Below, piece after piece: positions 1 to 9,126 of a DNA stretch of 64,000 bases. The DNA lies in the NCBI GenBank assembly GCA_965204655.1, contig OZ241998.1, positions 44,427 to 108,426 on the forward strand, given 5' to 3'. The first letter of the stretch is position 1. Each line of letters opens with the position of its first letter. The notes beneath the pieces are model-generated. The model saw nothing but the letters and a program-made list of their open reading frames with translations. It was not told the DNA's origin and did not search any database. Both the position numbers and the translations under genes were made by a program. This DNA comes from Acidimicrobiales bacterium (GTDB lineage Bacteria > Actinomycetota > Acidimicrobiia > Acidimicrobiales > CATQHL01).

Positions 1-229
1 GAACGTAGGCCTGATGGCCGGTATCCCACAGGATGATGTCACGGGGAGAGCGAAAGACGCGGTGCAGCGCCAGAGTAAGTTCCACCACGCCCAGGTTGGA
101 TCCGAGGTGACCGCCGTGGGTAGTGACAGCGCCCACTAGAAACTCGCGGATTTCCGCAGCGAGAGCTTCCAATTGCGGGTAGTCCAGCGAGCGAATGTAC
201 TCAGGGGTGATTTCTTGGTCTAGGAGCAT
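1..229 (-). CDS. dxs: 1-deoxy-D-xylulose-5-phosphate synthase, N-terminal fragment (gene continues past the left edge)
   Basis: Reverse translation from the ATG at 229-227 gives [76 protein letters not shown]. This is the conserved Dxs N-terminus ([18 protein letters not shown] ... DxGHQxY). Confidence 0.85.
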   Translation of the reverse strand, partial: MLLDQEITPEYIRSLDYPQLEALAAEIREFLVGAVTTHGGHLGSNLGVVELTLALHRVFRSPRDIILWDTGHQAYV

Positions 230-412
230 CGGGAACGTAGGAGCGTCGGGAACGGCGGTGTCGCTAGAGGCGACTCTAAAACGTTAGCCCGCATCCGTCT
301 ATGTCCCGCGGCAGTCGGGACGCGCCGGGCGCCCCGGGCGCCCCGGATGTGCTTCTGTAAGCGGCACGTTCTTTCCTCCTCCGGCGCCGTCTCAAGAGCC
401 GGGCTTGCCTCT

Positions 413-808
413 CTATTGGCGGTTGTCGGCTTGCGGGCGCTGCATGAAGCGCTCGGGGTTGACTACCACTCGCACGATCCGTCCCGATGCGATCAGGAAG
501 CCTTCGGAATCCCGCGCCTCCACGTGGAAGGTCAGCCGTCTGCCTTCCACTCGATCTAAAAGAGCGGAGGCCGTTACTTCTTGCCCGACGGAGGTCGGCC
601 TTACGTGGTCGAGATTGACTCGCATGCCTACCGTCGTGGCTTCCTCGCTGTCTAGGCCGCTGAGCGCATCGAGGGTGGCGGCTTCGCACAGCGACAGCAC
701 CACGGGAGTAGCTAGATACGGAAGAGTGCTGGTGTTCAGGGCTTCGCCCGTGTGGCAGTCTTTGACGGTGAGTTCGGCGCGCCCGCGAGAGCCGAGTTTG
801 GCATTCAT
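413..808 (-). CDS. hotdog-fold acyl-CoA thioesterase family protein
   Basis: 131-aa ORF. Size and the central TTVGMRVNLDHVRPTSVGQEVTA segment resemble PaaI/FcoT-type hotdog thioesterases. Confidence 0.55.
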   Translation of the reverse strand: MNAKLGSRGRAELTVKDCHTGEALNTSTLPYLATPVVLSLCEAATLDALSGLDSEEATTVGMRVNLDHVRPTSVGQEVTASALLDRVEGRRLTFHVEARDSEGFLIASGRIVRVVVNPERFMQRPQADNRQ

Positions 809-936
809 GGCCGCTACCCTAAAGGAAACCCCGCACCTGTGAAAGACACCTGTGAAGGATCTGCTCGGTCTCCCGCATCACCGAGAGGAACTCAGGGACG
901 GTCAACGATGAGGCGGCCAACGAAAAGGAGTGCGTA

Positions 937-2358
937 ATGACTCTGCCAACGCAATCTGCCCCCCCGCTGCTGGATGAAGACCTGATTTCGCGGACATTGA
1001 GCATTGCCTTGCGGAACGGGGGCGATTATGCGGAAATATTCGTAGAGGACAAGCAGTCTTCGTCTGCTTCCCTAGACGATCAAAAAGTTGAGGAGTTGGT
1101 GTCGGGCCGCCGACGCGGGGCGGGCATCAGGGTTCTGGCCGGCGCTTCGACCGGTTTCGCCCACACGGCCGACCTGTCGCCGGGCGGGTTGGCGTCTGCG
1201 GCTGAAGTGGCAGCGGCCGCCGCCCGCGCCGGCGGCGGACAAGGCTCTCCCGCCCCCCTGAGCGGAGGCTCCGCCGCGCCGGTGAACGAGGTGAGCATCC
1301 CGCCCCAAAGCGTGGGGGGCGGCCGCAAGGTGGAACTCCTGAAGTCTGCTGACGACGCCGCCCGTTCGGAAGGGAGCGCCATACGACAGGTGGCGTGCGT
1401 CTATGGCGACAGCCTCCGCCGCATCCTGGTGGCCGACAGCAACGGTCTTCTAGCGGGCGATGATCAGGTCAAGACCTTCTTAGCGGTTTCCTGCGTGGCC
1501 GTCGGCGACGGAGGCATGCAGACCGGTCGGGAGAGCCGGGGCAAGACGGTGGGTTTCGAACTCTTTGAGGAAGTGGATGCTGCGGAACTGGCTCGCTCGG
1601 CTGCGCGCAGGGCGCTGACCAAGTTGGACGCCCGCCCCGCCCCCAGCGGCTCTACGCCGGTGATCATTGGCCCGGGTGGGGGAGGCGTGCTCTTTCACGA
1701 AGCTTGCGGCCACGGGCTGGAGGCCGATCTAGTGAAAAAGGGTGCATCGGTCTTTGCAGAGCGCATCGGGGAGCAGGTGGCCCATCCCAAGGTGACGCTC
1801 ATCGACGACGGGACTATGGCCCGTGAGTGGGGTTGCTATGCCATTGACGACGAAGGCCGTCCGTCGCAGCGGAACGTTCTCATCTCCGATGGTGTGCTCG
1901 TGGACTACATGTGGGATCGGGTGCGCTCAGAGCGCGCCGGGCGTATCGGCACGGGCAACGGAAGGAGGCAGAGTTACCAGCACCTTCCTATGGTGCGCAT
2001 GACCAACACTTTCATCGCCAACGGCGACCTAGACCCTGACGACATCCTGGCTGACACTCCCAAGGGGGTCTACGTGGCGCACTTAGGGGGCGGTCAAGTG
2101 AATACAGCCACGGGCGATTTCGTCTTCGGCATGACCGAGGCCTATCTCATAGAGAACGGGCGCCTCACGGCGCCCATACGGGAAGGCAACCTGATCGGCA
2201 ACGGCCCCGAAGTCCTGAAACTCATTGATGCCATCGGCGAGGACTTCGCCATGGGCCCCCCGGGCACGTGCGGCAAGGACGGGCAGGGTGTCCCGGTGGG
2301 CGACGGAACGCCCACCCTGCGGGTGTCGCGCCTCACCATCGGCGGAACAGCCGCCTGA
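937..2358 (+). CDS. tldD: TldD-family metalloprotease
   Basis: 473 aa with the HEACGHGLE zinc motif and a C-terminal GxC..GQG region typical of TldD. A PmbA paralog follows it. Confidence 0.9.
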   Translation: MTLPTQSAPPLLDEDLISRTLSIALRNGGDYAEIFVEDKQSSSASLDDQKVEELVSGRRRGAGIRVLAGASTGFAHTADLSPGGLASAAEVAAAAARAGGGQGSPAPLSGGSAAPVNEVSIPPQSVGGGRKVELLKSADDAARSEGSAIRQVACVYGDSLRRILVADSNGLLAGDDQVKTFLAVSCVAVGDGGMQTGRESRGKTVGFELFEEVDAAELARSAARRALTKLDARPAPSGSTPVIIGPGGGGVLFHEACGHGLEADLVKKGASVFAERIGEQVAHPKVTLIDDGTMAREWGCYAIDDEGRPSQRNVLISDGVLVDYMWDRVRSERAGRIGTGNGRRQSYQHLPMVRMTNTFIANGDLDPDDILADTPKGVYVAHLGGGQVNTATGDFVFGMTEAYLIENGRLTAPIREGNLIGNGPEVLKLIDAIGEDFAMGPPGTCGKDGQGVPVGDGTPTLRVSRLTIGGTAA

Positions 2359-2362
2359 GAGC

Positions 2363-3790
2363 TTGACCGCAAGGGCCGCAGGAACTCAGGCGGCGCGGCC
2401 TGAGCGTCCGGCTCAGCCGGCACAGTCTGCGCCGCCGCCCTGGGAAGACGCCGAGACGCTCCTAGAGCTAGGCGACGGCATCGTCGCTCAGGCGCGCTCG
2501 GGTGAGCAGGTGGAGGCCGTGCTCGTCCATTCCGTAGACACCGAGGTGCGCGCCTGGGATGGGGAGGTCGAGTCCTTCTCGTCCGCAGCGTCCTTCGGAG
2601 CGGGGGTTCGTGTGGTCGTTGAAGACCGGCAAGGTTTTGCCTACGCAGGCACTTGGGACCCCGATGTCGTCGCCGAGACGTTCGCCGCCGCCCGCGCCAA
2701 CGCGGCTTTCGGAACGCCCGACGAGCACCAGGGCGTTGCGACTCCGGACGGAGTGGCGCACACCTGCCTGGATCTCTTCCGAGGCGAACTAGCGGAGGTT
2801 CCTCCCGAGAAGAAGATCGACTTGGCGCTGGAACTCGAGCGCGCAGTCAAAGGGGCAGACAAGCGGATCGCAGGAGTGGAGACTGCGGAATACGTAGATT
2901 CCCTCTCGGCTGCCGCCGTGGTGAACACCAGCGGCATTCGGTCGTTCGGGAGGCACTCCACCTGCTTTCTCATGGCCTACGCAATGGCCTCCGACGGCGG
3001 TGATACACAGACCGGCTTTGGATACAGCGTGGGTCGTTCCCTCCAAGACCTGGACTTGAAGAAGGCCGCAGGAGAGACCGCCGAGCGCGCCCTGCGGCTG
3101 CTGGGCGCAGGCAAGCCGGCTACGGGGCGCACCACGGTGGTGTTCGATCCCTGGGTCACCGCCCAGTTCCTGGGGGTGGTGGGGAGCACCCTTTCGGGCG
3201 AGGCTCTGCTGAAGGGGCGGTCGCTCTTTGCTGACAGGGTGGGTGAAGGAGTGGCGGCGGAGATCTTCTCTCTCCGCGACGACCCGACCAATCCCTTGGC
3301 TTTCGGCGCCTCGGAGGCGGACGGCGAAGGGCTGGCCACACGACGCAACGACCTCATCGTCAATGGGGAGTTGAAGAAGTTCCTGCACAACACCTACACC
3401 GCCCGCCGCCTGGGGGCCGCCTCCACGGCCTCAGCCGTTCGCAGCTACGCCAGCACGCCCGGCGTGGGATGCGCCGCCCTCATACCTTCCACCGGGAGCA
3501 AGACCCCAGAGGAACTGATCGCCGGAATCGACGACGGAGTGTTGGTGCAAGACCTGGCCGGGCTGCATTCTGGCGTAAACCCAGTGAGCGGGGACTTCTC
3601 CACCGGCGCCGACGGACTGCGTATTCGCAACGGGGCTTTGGCCGAGCCCATTCGGGAGTTCACGCTGGCCTCCACCATCCAGCGGATGCTGCTGGACATC
3701 TCGGGCGTGGGCGACGACCTGAGTTGGCTTCCGTCGGCGGCTGCCGGCGTGACGTTGGTGGTCGACGGAGTGATGCTTTCAGGAGAATGA
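2363..3790 (+). CDS. pmbA: PmbA/TldE-family metalloprotease partner
   Basis: Paralogous TldD/PmbA fold directly downstream of tldD. The track ORF begins at 2225 inside tldD, so I place the start at the in-frame TTG at 2363. The start is uncertain. Confidence 0.8.
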   Translation: MTARAAGTQAARPERPAQPAQSAPPPWEDAETLLELGDGIVAQARSGEQVEAVLVHSVDTEVRAWDGEVESFSSAASFGAGVRVVVEDRQGFAYAGTWDPDVVAETFAAARANAAFGTPDEHQGVATPDGVAHTCLDLFRGELAEVPPEKKIDLALELERAVKGADKRIAGVETAEYVDSLSAAAVVNTSGIRSFGRHSTCFLMAYAMASDGGDTQTGFGYSVGRSLQDLDLKKAAGETAERALRLLGAGKPATGRTTVVFDPWVTAQFLGVVGSTLSGEALLKGRSLFADRVGEGVAAEIFSLRDDPTNPLAFGASEADGEGLATRRNDLIVNGELKKFLHNTYTARRLGAASTASAVRSYASTPGVGCAALIPSTGSKTPEELIAGIDDGVLVQDLAGLHSGVNPVSGDFSTGADGLRIRNGALAEPIREFTLASTIQRMLLDISGVGDDLSWLPSAAAGVTLVVDGVMLSGE

Positions 3791-3819
3791 GCGCCGGCTG
3801 CCGCCGGGTGCACCTCTAG

Positions 3820-4728
3820 ATGCCTGTGATTTTCGGCCTCGGCGCTGCCGCGGCGCTGACGGCCACTCTCAGCAGCGGGGACTGGTCGGCCGCCAAGGGC
3901 GTCGTGCTGGGGGTACTCCAGGGATTGACGGAGTTCCTGCCGATCTCTTCCAGCGGGCATCTGCAGATCCTCACTTGGCTGGCTGGCTGGGACGAACTGA
4001 CAGCCGACGCCGCGTTGTGGACGGTCTTTGAGGTGGCGCTGCACTTCGGGACGTTCGCCGGCGCCGTGGTCTACTTCGGACGGGACGTGGGGCGCCTCAT
4101 CACGGGGGGTCTTCGCCAAGCGGCTGGTCGTCGCAGCGAAGACGGGAAGTTGGCCTGGCAGTTGGTGCTGGCTTCCGTTCCAGTGGGATTGGTAGGGGTG
4201 GCGGCGGGCTCCTGGCTCGCCGAGCGAGAGAAACTCTGGGTCACGGCTTGCGCTTTGGCGTTCTTCGGGGCGGCGCTCTGGGCGGCGGACAGATGGGCGT
4301 CGGGGAGCGTCAGGGAGATCGGATCGTTCGGCTGGATGGACGCCGTCTGGCTGGGTCTGGCTCAGGTTCTAGCTCTCCAGCCCGGGGTTTCGCGATCCGG
4401 GGTGGTCATGACCGCGGGCCGGATGCGAGGCTTGGGACGCCCGGCCGCAGCCAAGGCCGCTTTGCTGATGAGCCTGCCGGTTATCGCCGGCGCAGCTGTC
4501 TACAAACTCATAGACATCGGTGGCTTCTCAGGGATTCCCCAGGAGGCCAGATGGGCGTTTCTGTGGGGAGCGCTGACAGCGGCGGTTTCGGGGTGGGCGG
4601 CGGTCTGGCTGTTGATGAAGGCGGCGCGCAAGGTGGCTTTCTGGCCTTTCGCCCTATATCGGCTGGCGCTTGCTGCGGTCGTCCTCTCGCTGGTGGCTGC
4701 CTCCTTCAGGGGGACGAGTTGGGGCTAG
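3820..4728 (+). CDS. uppP: undecaprenyl-diphosphate phosphatase
   Basis: LQGLTEFLPISSSGHL motif and polytopic membrane profile of BacA/UppP. Confidence 0.9.
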   Translation: MPVIFGLGAAAALTATLSSGDWSAAKGVVLGVLQGLTEFLPISSSGHLQILTWLAGWDELTADAALWTVFEVALHFGTFAGAVVYFGRDVGRLITGGLRQAAGRRSEDGKLAWQLVLASVPVGLVGVAAGSWLAEREKLWVTACALAFFGAALWAADRWASGSVREIGSFGWMDAVWLGLAQVLALQPGVSRSGVVMTAGRMRGLGRPAAAKAALLMSLPVIAGAAVYKLIDIGGFSGIPQEARWAFLWGALTAAVSGWAAVWLLMKAARKVAFWPFALYRLALAAVVLSLVAASFRGTSWG

Positions 4729-5398
4729 CGCCGCCGCTCACAGGCTCATGGGCCAGGGCTGCCAGCGTGAGAGTTCCTAAGAGTTTGTGAACAGCGGCGG
4801 CGGCCGCTTCGTCCGGGCTCAGGGCCACCGTCACGGACTCCTCGTCGGCCGCCACCACCCAGGCTTCTGCGGCCACGTTAACGGCGAAGAGGGTTTCCGG
4901 AGAGGGGTCGCCTTCGGGTGCGTAAGCGGACATGAGCCTCACCAGGTCGCCGGGCTGCACCGGAGGGACGTCTGCCGACTTCGGAAAAGACAAAGCGACG
5001 CTGCCGGGCGGCATCTCGCTAGAAAGCCCTCCCCGGCCTCGCAGTCGCGCCGAGTGGACGACCTCGCCCGGATAAATGACGCCGGATGCAGCGGCGTTGG
5101 CTTCCAGGTCTTCCGCCCTTCCGGGCGGGGTGAGGTCTGCTGGACGGCTTTCCCAAGTCACCGCCTCAGCATCCAGCGTCTCCCCCGGGCGGATCAACCT
5201 CAGGGCTACGGGCACCTTCACCTCGCGGCTCGGGTCATCTTGGCCCTCAACGTCTTCAGACAGATTCATGGCGACGACGGTCGCTGCTATGAGCAAGACG
5301 ACGCACGACCAGTAGAGCATCGGGCGGCGCAGCCATTTCAGCAGAAGTGGACGATGCCAGGACGGGGGAGAGTCTTGAGTACCGCGAAGCACGCGCAT
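4706..5398 (-). CDS. SAF-domain / CpaB-like membrane-anchored protein (orphan)
   Basis: N-terminal TM segment (LYWSCVVLLIAATVVAM) followed by a SAF-like beta-clip region (VALRLIRPGETLDAEAV, IYPGEVV), as in RcpC/CpaB proteins. Confidence 0.55.
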   Translation of the reverse strand: MRVLRGTQDSPPSWHRPLLLKWLRRPMLYWSCVVLLIAATVVAMNLSEDVEGQDDPSREVKVPVALRLIRPGETLDAEAVTWESRPADLTPPGRAEDLEANAAASGVIYPGEVVHSARLRGRGGLSSEMPPGSVALSFPKSADVPPVQPGDLVRLMSAYAPEGDPSPETLFAVNVAAEAWVVAADEESVTVALSPDEAAAAAVHKLLGTLTLAALAHEPVSGGASPNSSP

Positions 5399-5594
5399 TG
5401 ACCTTCTCCTTCACTTGAGTTCCGCGGGGGAAGCAGACGACTGCGCGACGGCGGCTGCTGGAAGGGGGAAGGTGGTTATCGGCAAACTCGCCAGAAGGCT
5501 CGTCGACCGAAAGTTGGTGTAAGGGGAGAGAGCAGCAGGCCGGCGGCGTTCACCTCACAACCTAGCGCTGCGGGCTGCTTCTCTAAGAGTTGCG

Positions 5595-6446
5595 TTAGTT
5601 CTCTAGGTGCCCGAGCGGCGGGCCTTCGCGGCTCTTGCAGCAGTGAGGCGGTTCATCGGGCAGGTTCTCAACGATGCGGGCTGCCAGTTCGTGAACGTGC
5701 CCAATGTTCCGTCTGAAGGTTTCGAGCACTCCCTCGTGGGTTACGGGCTCGGATTCCCCTGCCGACGCCGGAGCAGAGATTCCGGCGTCGTAGTCGGTCA
5801 CCAGCGCTATTCCGGCGAAGCAGATGCCGAGTTCTGCGGCTAAGGCTGCCTCGGGCATCTGAGTCATGTTGATCACGTCGCCCCCCGTGTCGGAGTAGAG
5901 CTTGGATTCCGCCTTGCTAGAAAATCTAGGCCCCTGAATGACCACTACAGTCCCTTTCGGGTGGGCGGTTATGTCGAGCGCTTCGGCGGACTCCTTAACT
6001 GCGGTGCGGAGTCTTGGGCAGTACGGATCGGCGAACGTGGAGTGGAAGGTCGTCGGGCCGTCGTAGAAGGTGTGCGCCCTTGAGTAAGTTCGGTCGATCA
6101 CTTGGTCGCACACCACGAAGTCTCCTGGTGCTATGTGCTCTTGCAGAGATCCGCAAGAAAACGTTGAGATCAGGGTCGTGACCCCGATGGAACGAAGGGC
6201 CCACAGGTTCGCTCTGTAGGGGACGGCGTGGGCTGGGAATTCGTGAGAGTTTCCGTGACGAGCCAGGAAGGCCGTCTGCTTGCCCGCAAACTGGCCTACC
6301 TGCAAGGGAGAGGCCGGCTCGCCGAACGGGGTGTTGAGATGCAGCGTCCTGAGGTTGCTGGCAAGGGAGTAGAAGCCGCTGCCGCCTAGTATTGCGATGA
6401 GAGCTCTGTTTCTTGATGAAACCTCGATGCCATCGGTCGTTTGCAT
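5595..6446 (-). CDS. mtnP: S-methyl-5'-thioadenosine phosphorylase
   Basis: IAILGGSGFY ... FLARHG..H.FP.H.VPYRAN.WAL...GV ... VINMT motifs of MTAP / PNP family 2. Confidence 0.9.
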   Translation of the reverse strand: MQTTDGIEVSSRNRALIAILGGSGFYSLASNLRTLHLNTPFGEPASPLQVGQFAGKQTAFLARHGNSHEFPAHAVPYRANLWALRSIGVTTLISTFSCGSLQEHIAPGDFVVCDQVIDRTYSRAHTFYDGPTTFHSTFADPYCPRLRTAVKESAEALDITAHPKGTVVVIQGPRFSSKAESKLYSDTGGDVINMTQMPEAALAAELGICFAGIALVTDYDAGISAPASAGESEPVTHEGVLETFRRNIGHVHELAARIVENLPDEPPHCCKSREGPPLGHLEN

Positions 6447-6481
6447 CGGGGAATTCCTTGGCTTTCTCCGGTTAGCCGGTT

Positions 6482-6874
6482 TTAGCCCGAAGCGCCCGAG
6501 GAAGCGCCCGCTGCGGCTTTGTCCTTGCCCGCAGAGGAGTCGGTTGCGGAACTTTCTCCCGCGGCTTTTGAGCCTTTGTCCTTGGATGCGCCTTCTTTGC
6601 TGCTTTTGCTGCTCGTCCCTTTGCCGTTGGAACTCTCCTTGCCCGTGGAGGCGGCAGCCGAGCGGCTGTCGGTCTTGTAGAAGCCTGCTCCCTTGAAAGC
6701 TATAGAGGGGGCGAAGAAGACCTTAGAAATCTCTCCTTCTCCCGGCGCTTCGCAAGATGGCGGACTGTAAGGGGATTCAGCGCCCGGACAGTTGGTGAGG
6801 CTGTTCTCTGAGATCGACTGCCGAACGTCGAACTGAACTCCGCAGGTACGGCAGCGGTACTCGTAGGTTGGCAT
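6482..6874 (-). CDS. FmdB-family zinc-ribbon protein with Ser/Lys/Gly-rich tail
   Basis: MPTYEYRCRTCGVQFDV...NCPG CxxC zinc-ribbon N-terminus, then a low-complexity tail. Confidence 0.8.
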   Translation of the reverse strand: MPTYEYRCRTCGVQFDVRQSISENSLTNCPGAESPYSPPSCEAPGEGEISKVFFAPSIAFKGAGFYKTDSRSAAASTGKESSNGKGTSSKSSKEGASKDKGSKAAGESSATDSSAGKDKAAAGASSGASG

Positions 6875-7134
6875 TTATGTTTCTCCCAAGTTGCTGGTTA
6901 GGGACATCTACGAATTAGGAGTCGCGGCTCACCCCGGGGGGGGAGGGGGCGGGCGAAGACTTCACAAGCCTCTGAGGCCAAAAGCCTCTAGGGGCTATAA
7001 CAACTTCTAGAGGCTATCAGGGGACTGTTCGGCTGAGCGCCCGTGAGCGGCTCCGAGCAAAAAATTCAGAGGCGCTCCGCTAGCAGCACCCGCAACGAGC
7101 TTGAAATCAAGACTGCGGCCTCAGGGGCACTAGC

Positions 7135-7755
7135 ATGCCGTCCGTGAGTCCTTGGTGGCTGTTGATCATTCCTGCTTATTTGTTGGGGACGTTTCCCACG
7201 GCCCACCTCGTCGGGCGGGTTGTCGGTCGTAATCCGTCGACGGAGGGCTCAAAGAATCCGGGCGCCACGAACATGTACAGGCTGGCCGGGCGGGTGCCGG
7301 GCGCTTTCGTGTTGTTCGGCGACATCCTCAAGGGGGTGGCCGCCACGCTTGTCGGATTGCTGCTCGCTCCCCGCCCCGTCGCCCTGGGTTGCGCAATCGC
7401 TGCAGTTATCGGGCACATAGCTCCGGTTACGCGGAGGTTTCGCGGGGGCAAGGGGGTGGCCACCTACGGCGGCAGTTCGTTGGTGATGTGGCCATACACT
7501 GCCCTCGGAGCGATAATCCTCTGGCTCATCGTCACGAAGTGGTCGGGGCGTCCCTCAGTGGGTTCGTTGGTGGCCGTCCCGCTCTTACCGGTGGGGATTA
7601 CGATCGAATACGCACTCGGACGTTTGAGTTGGTGGGAGCCGGTGAGTTACGCAGTCTTAGCCCTGCTGGTGGTTTGGATGCATAGAACTAACATCCGGCG
7701 GCTGATCAACCGCGAAGAAGAAAGGATGCAGAACGTCTTCACCCGCGGCGCCTGA
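7135..7755 (+). CDS. plsY: glycerol-3-phosphate acyltransferase PlsY
   Basis: GSKNPGATN motif, HIAPV..RF.GGKGVAT, polytopic, about 200 aa. Confidence 0.9.
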   Translation: MPSVSPWWLLIIPAYLLGTFPTAHLVGRVVGRNPSTEGSKNPGATNMYRLAGRVPGAFVLFGDILKGVAATLVGLLLAPRPVALGCAIAAVIGHIAPVTRRFRGGKGVATYGGSSLVMWPYTALGAIILWLIVTKWSGRPSVGSLVAVPLLPVGITIEYALGRLSWWEPVSYAVLALLVVWMHRTNIRRLINREEERMQNVFTRGA

Positions 7756-7813
7756 GTATCCCATCCCCCGCAGTCCTGTCAGTATGTCGAAGCCACCGAA
7801 GCGGCGAAGCTAG

Positions 7814-9022
7814 ATGTCGTTGATACCCCTCTCCGAAGCTCGAGAGTTTGTCCTGAGCCGGTGCTCCGTTCAGCAAGCCGCGGCGTTGCCGATCTCCCAG
7901 GCGCTGTCACTGGTCACCGCCGAGCAGGTGGCGGCAACCGAGCAAGTTCCCGCCTTCGACAACACCGCCATGGACGGTTACGCGGTCCGGGCGGCCGACA
8001 CGAGTCCTGCTCCGGCCCGCCTGCAAGTGGTGGGCACCCTGGCTGCTGGCGAAACGCCGAGGCTGCCGCTGAGGCGCGGGCAGGCAATGAGGATCATGAC
8101 CGGCGCTCCGATCCCCCCCGGTTCCGACGCCGTCGTTATGGTGGAGCGCACTCGGGAAATTGACGGCGGGAATCAGGTGGAACTGGAGGTCAGCGTCCCT
8201 GCGGGAAACCACCTTCGTCGTGCGGGGGAAGACCTGCAGCCCGGACAGGTGCTCTTTGACGCCGGATGCGTCCTGCGTCCTGCGCACCTAGGCGCGCTGG
8301 CCGCACTGGGTCTCCCCGCGGTCAAGGTGATCCCTCGAGCCAGGGTGGGTGTCATGTCGACCGGCGACGAACTGGTGGAAGGCCCCGGGGCGCTCGCCCC
8401 CGGGCAAGTACGCGATTCCAACCGTTATTCCTTGCTGGGGCTGGTGGCCGAGGCAGGGGGTGAACCGGTTGACCTGGGACTGGCGCGCGACGACGCCGAA
8501 GACATCAGGGCGATGATCTCGGGAGGTGTAGAGCGCTGCGACGCCGTCGTGACCAGCGGAGGGGTGAGCATGGGGACCTACGACTTGGTCAAGATGGTGC
8601 TGGATGAGATGGGGGAGATGGCCTGGATGCAGGTAGCCATCAGACCCGCTAAGCCTCTGGCGTTCGGCCTGGTGGGAGGCGTTCCGGTCTTCGGCCTGCC
8701 TGGCAACACGGTCTCTTGCATGGTGTCCTTCGAACTCTTCGCCCGTCCGGCTTTGCAGAAGATGATGGGGCGTTCCGATCTGGGCAGGCAGCGGGTGAGG
8801 GCCGTAGCGTCGGAGCCGCTGCGCCGCCGAGCAGACGGGAAAGTGCACTTTGCTCGGGTGATCTGGCGCTACCGCGAAGGCCGCTACGAGGTACGTTCGG
8901 CGGGGGGTCAGGGATCTCACCAACTCTCGGCCATGGCTGCGGCCAACGGACTGGCCGTCCTGCCCGACGGCGAAGGCGCGGACGCCGGCGAGCAGGTGGA
9001 ACTCATCCTGCTGCATACTTAG
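7814..9022 (+). CDS. moeA: molybdopterin molybdenumtransferase
   Basis: PAFDNTAMDGYAVRA, MRIMTGAP.P.G.DAVV and SGGVSMG motifs of MoeA. Confidence 0.9.
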   Translation: MSLIPLSEAREFVLSRCSVQQAAALPISQALSLVTAEQVAATEQVPAFDNTAMDGYAVRAADTSPAPARLQVVGTLAAGETPRLPLRRGQAMRIMTGAPIPPGSDAVVMVERTREIDGGNQVELEVSVPAGNHLRRAGEDLQPGQVLFDAGCVLRPAHLGALAALGLPAVKVIPRARVGVMSTGDELVEGPGALAPGQVRDSNRYSLLGLVAEAGGEPVDLGLARDDAEDIRAMISGGVERCDAVVTSGGVSMGTYDLVKMVLDEMGEMAWMQVAIRPAKPLAFGLVGGVPVFGLPGNTVSCMVSFELFARPALQKMMGRSDLGRQRVRAVASEPLRRRADGKVHFARVIWRYREGRYEVRSAGGQGSHQLSAMAAANGLAVLPDGEGADAGEQVELILLHT

Positions 9023-9126
9023 CGTCTAGCGAATTACACCGAAGGGGCGGCCCTCTGCGGGCGGCGATCCGCCCCGGGCGGGCGGCGGGCGTTCCCCGTG
9101 AGCGGCGTCGGGCTAGCCTAGATGAG

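Noticed and set aside
276-842. Overlapping ORFs (276..689 -, 347..559 +, 405..842 +) around the thioesterase gene
   Set aside because: They are Arg/Ala/Pro-rich shadow frames typical of high-GC DNA. Only the 413..808 minus frame gives a protein-like sequence.
8716-9126. 5' extensions of track ORFs into upstream genes (moaA from 8716, pmbA from 2225, mnmA from 21231, hypothetical from 12605, lactonase from 58230, MaoC from 61223, proS from 50660)
   Set aside because: The extensions overlap well-supported neighbouring genes and are compositionally biased. Conserved N-terminal motifs begin at the internal starts used in the feature table.
9023-9126. Possible molybdenum-cofactor riboswitch upstream of moaA
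   Set aside because: I could not recognise the conserved Moco RNA motif features by eye. The region is short and shows only generic GC-rich pairing (GGGGCGG...CCGCCCC). It needs an Infernal scan before any claim.
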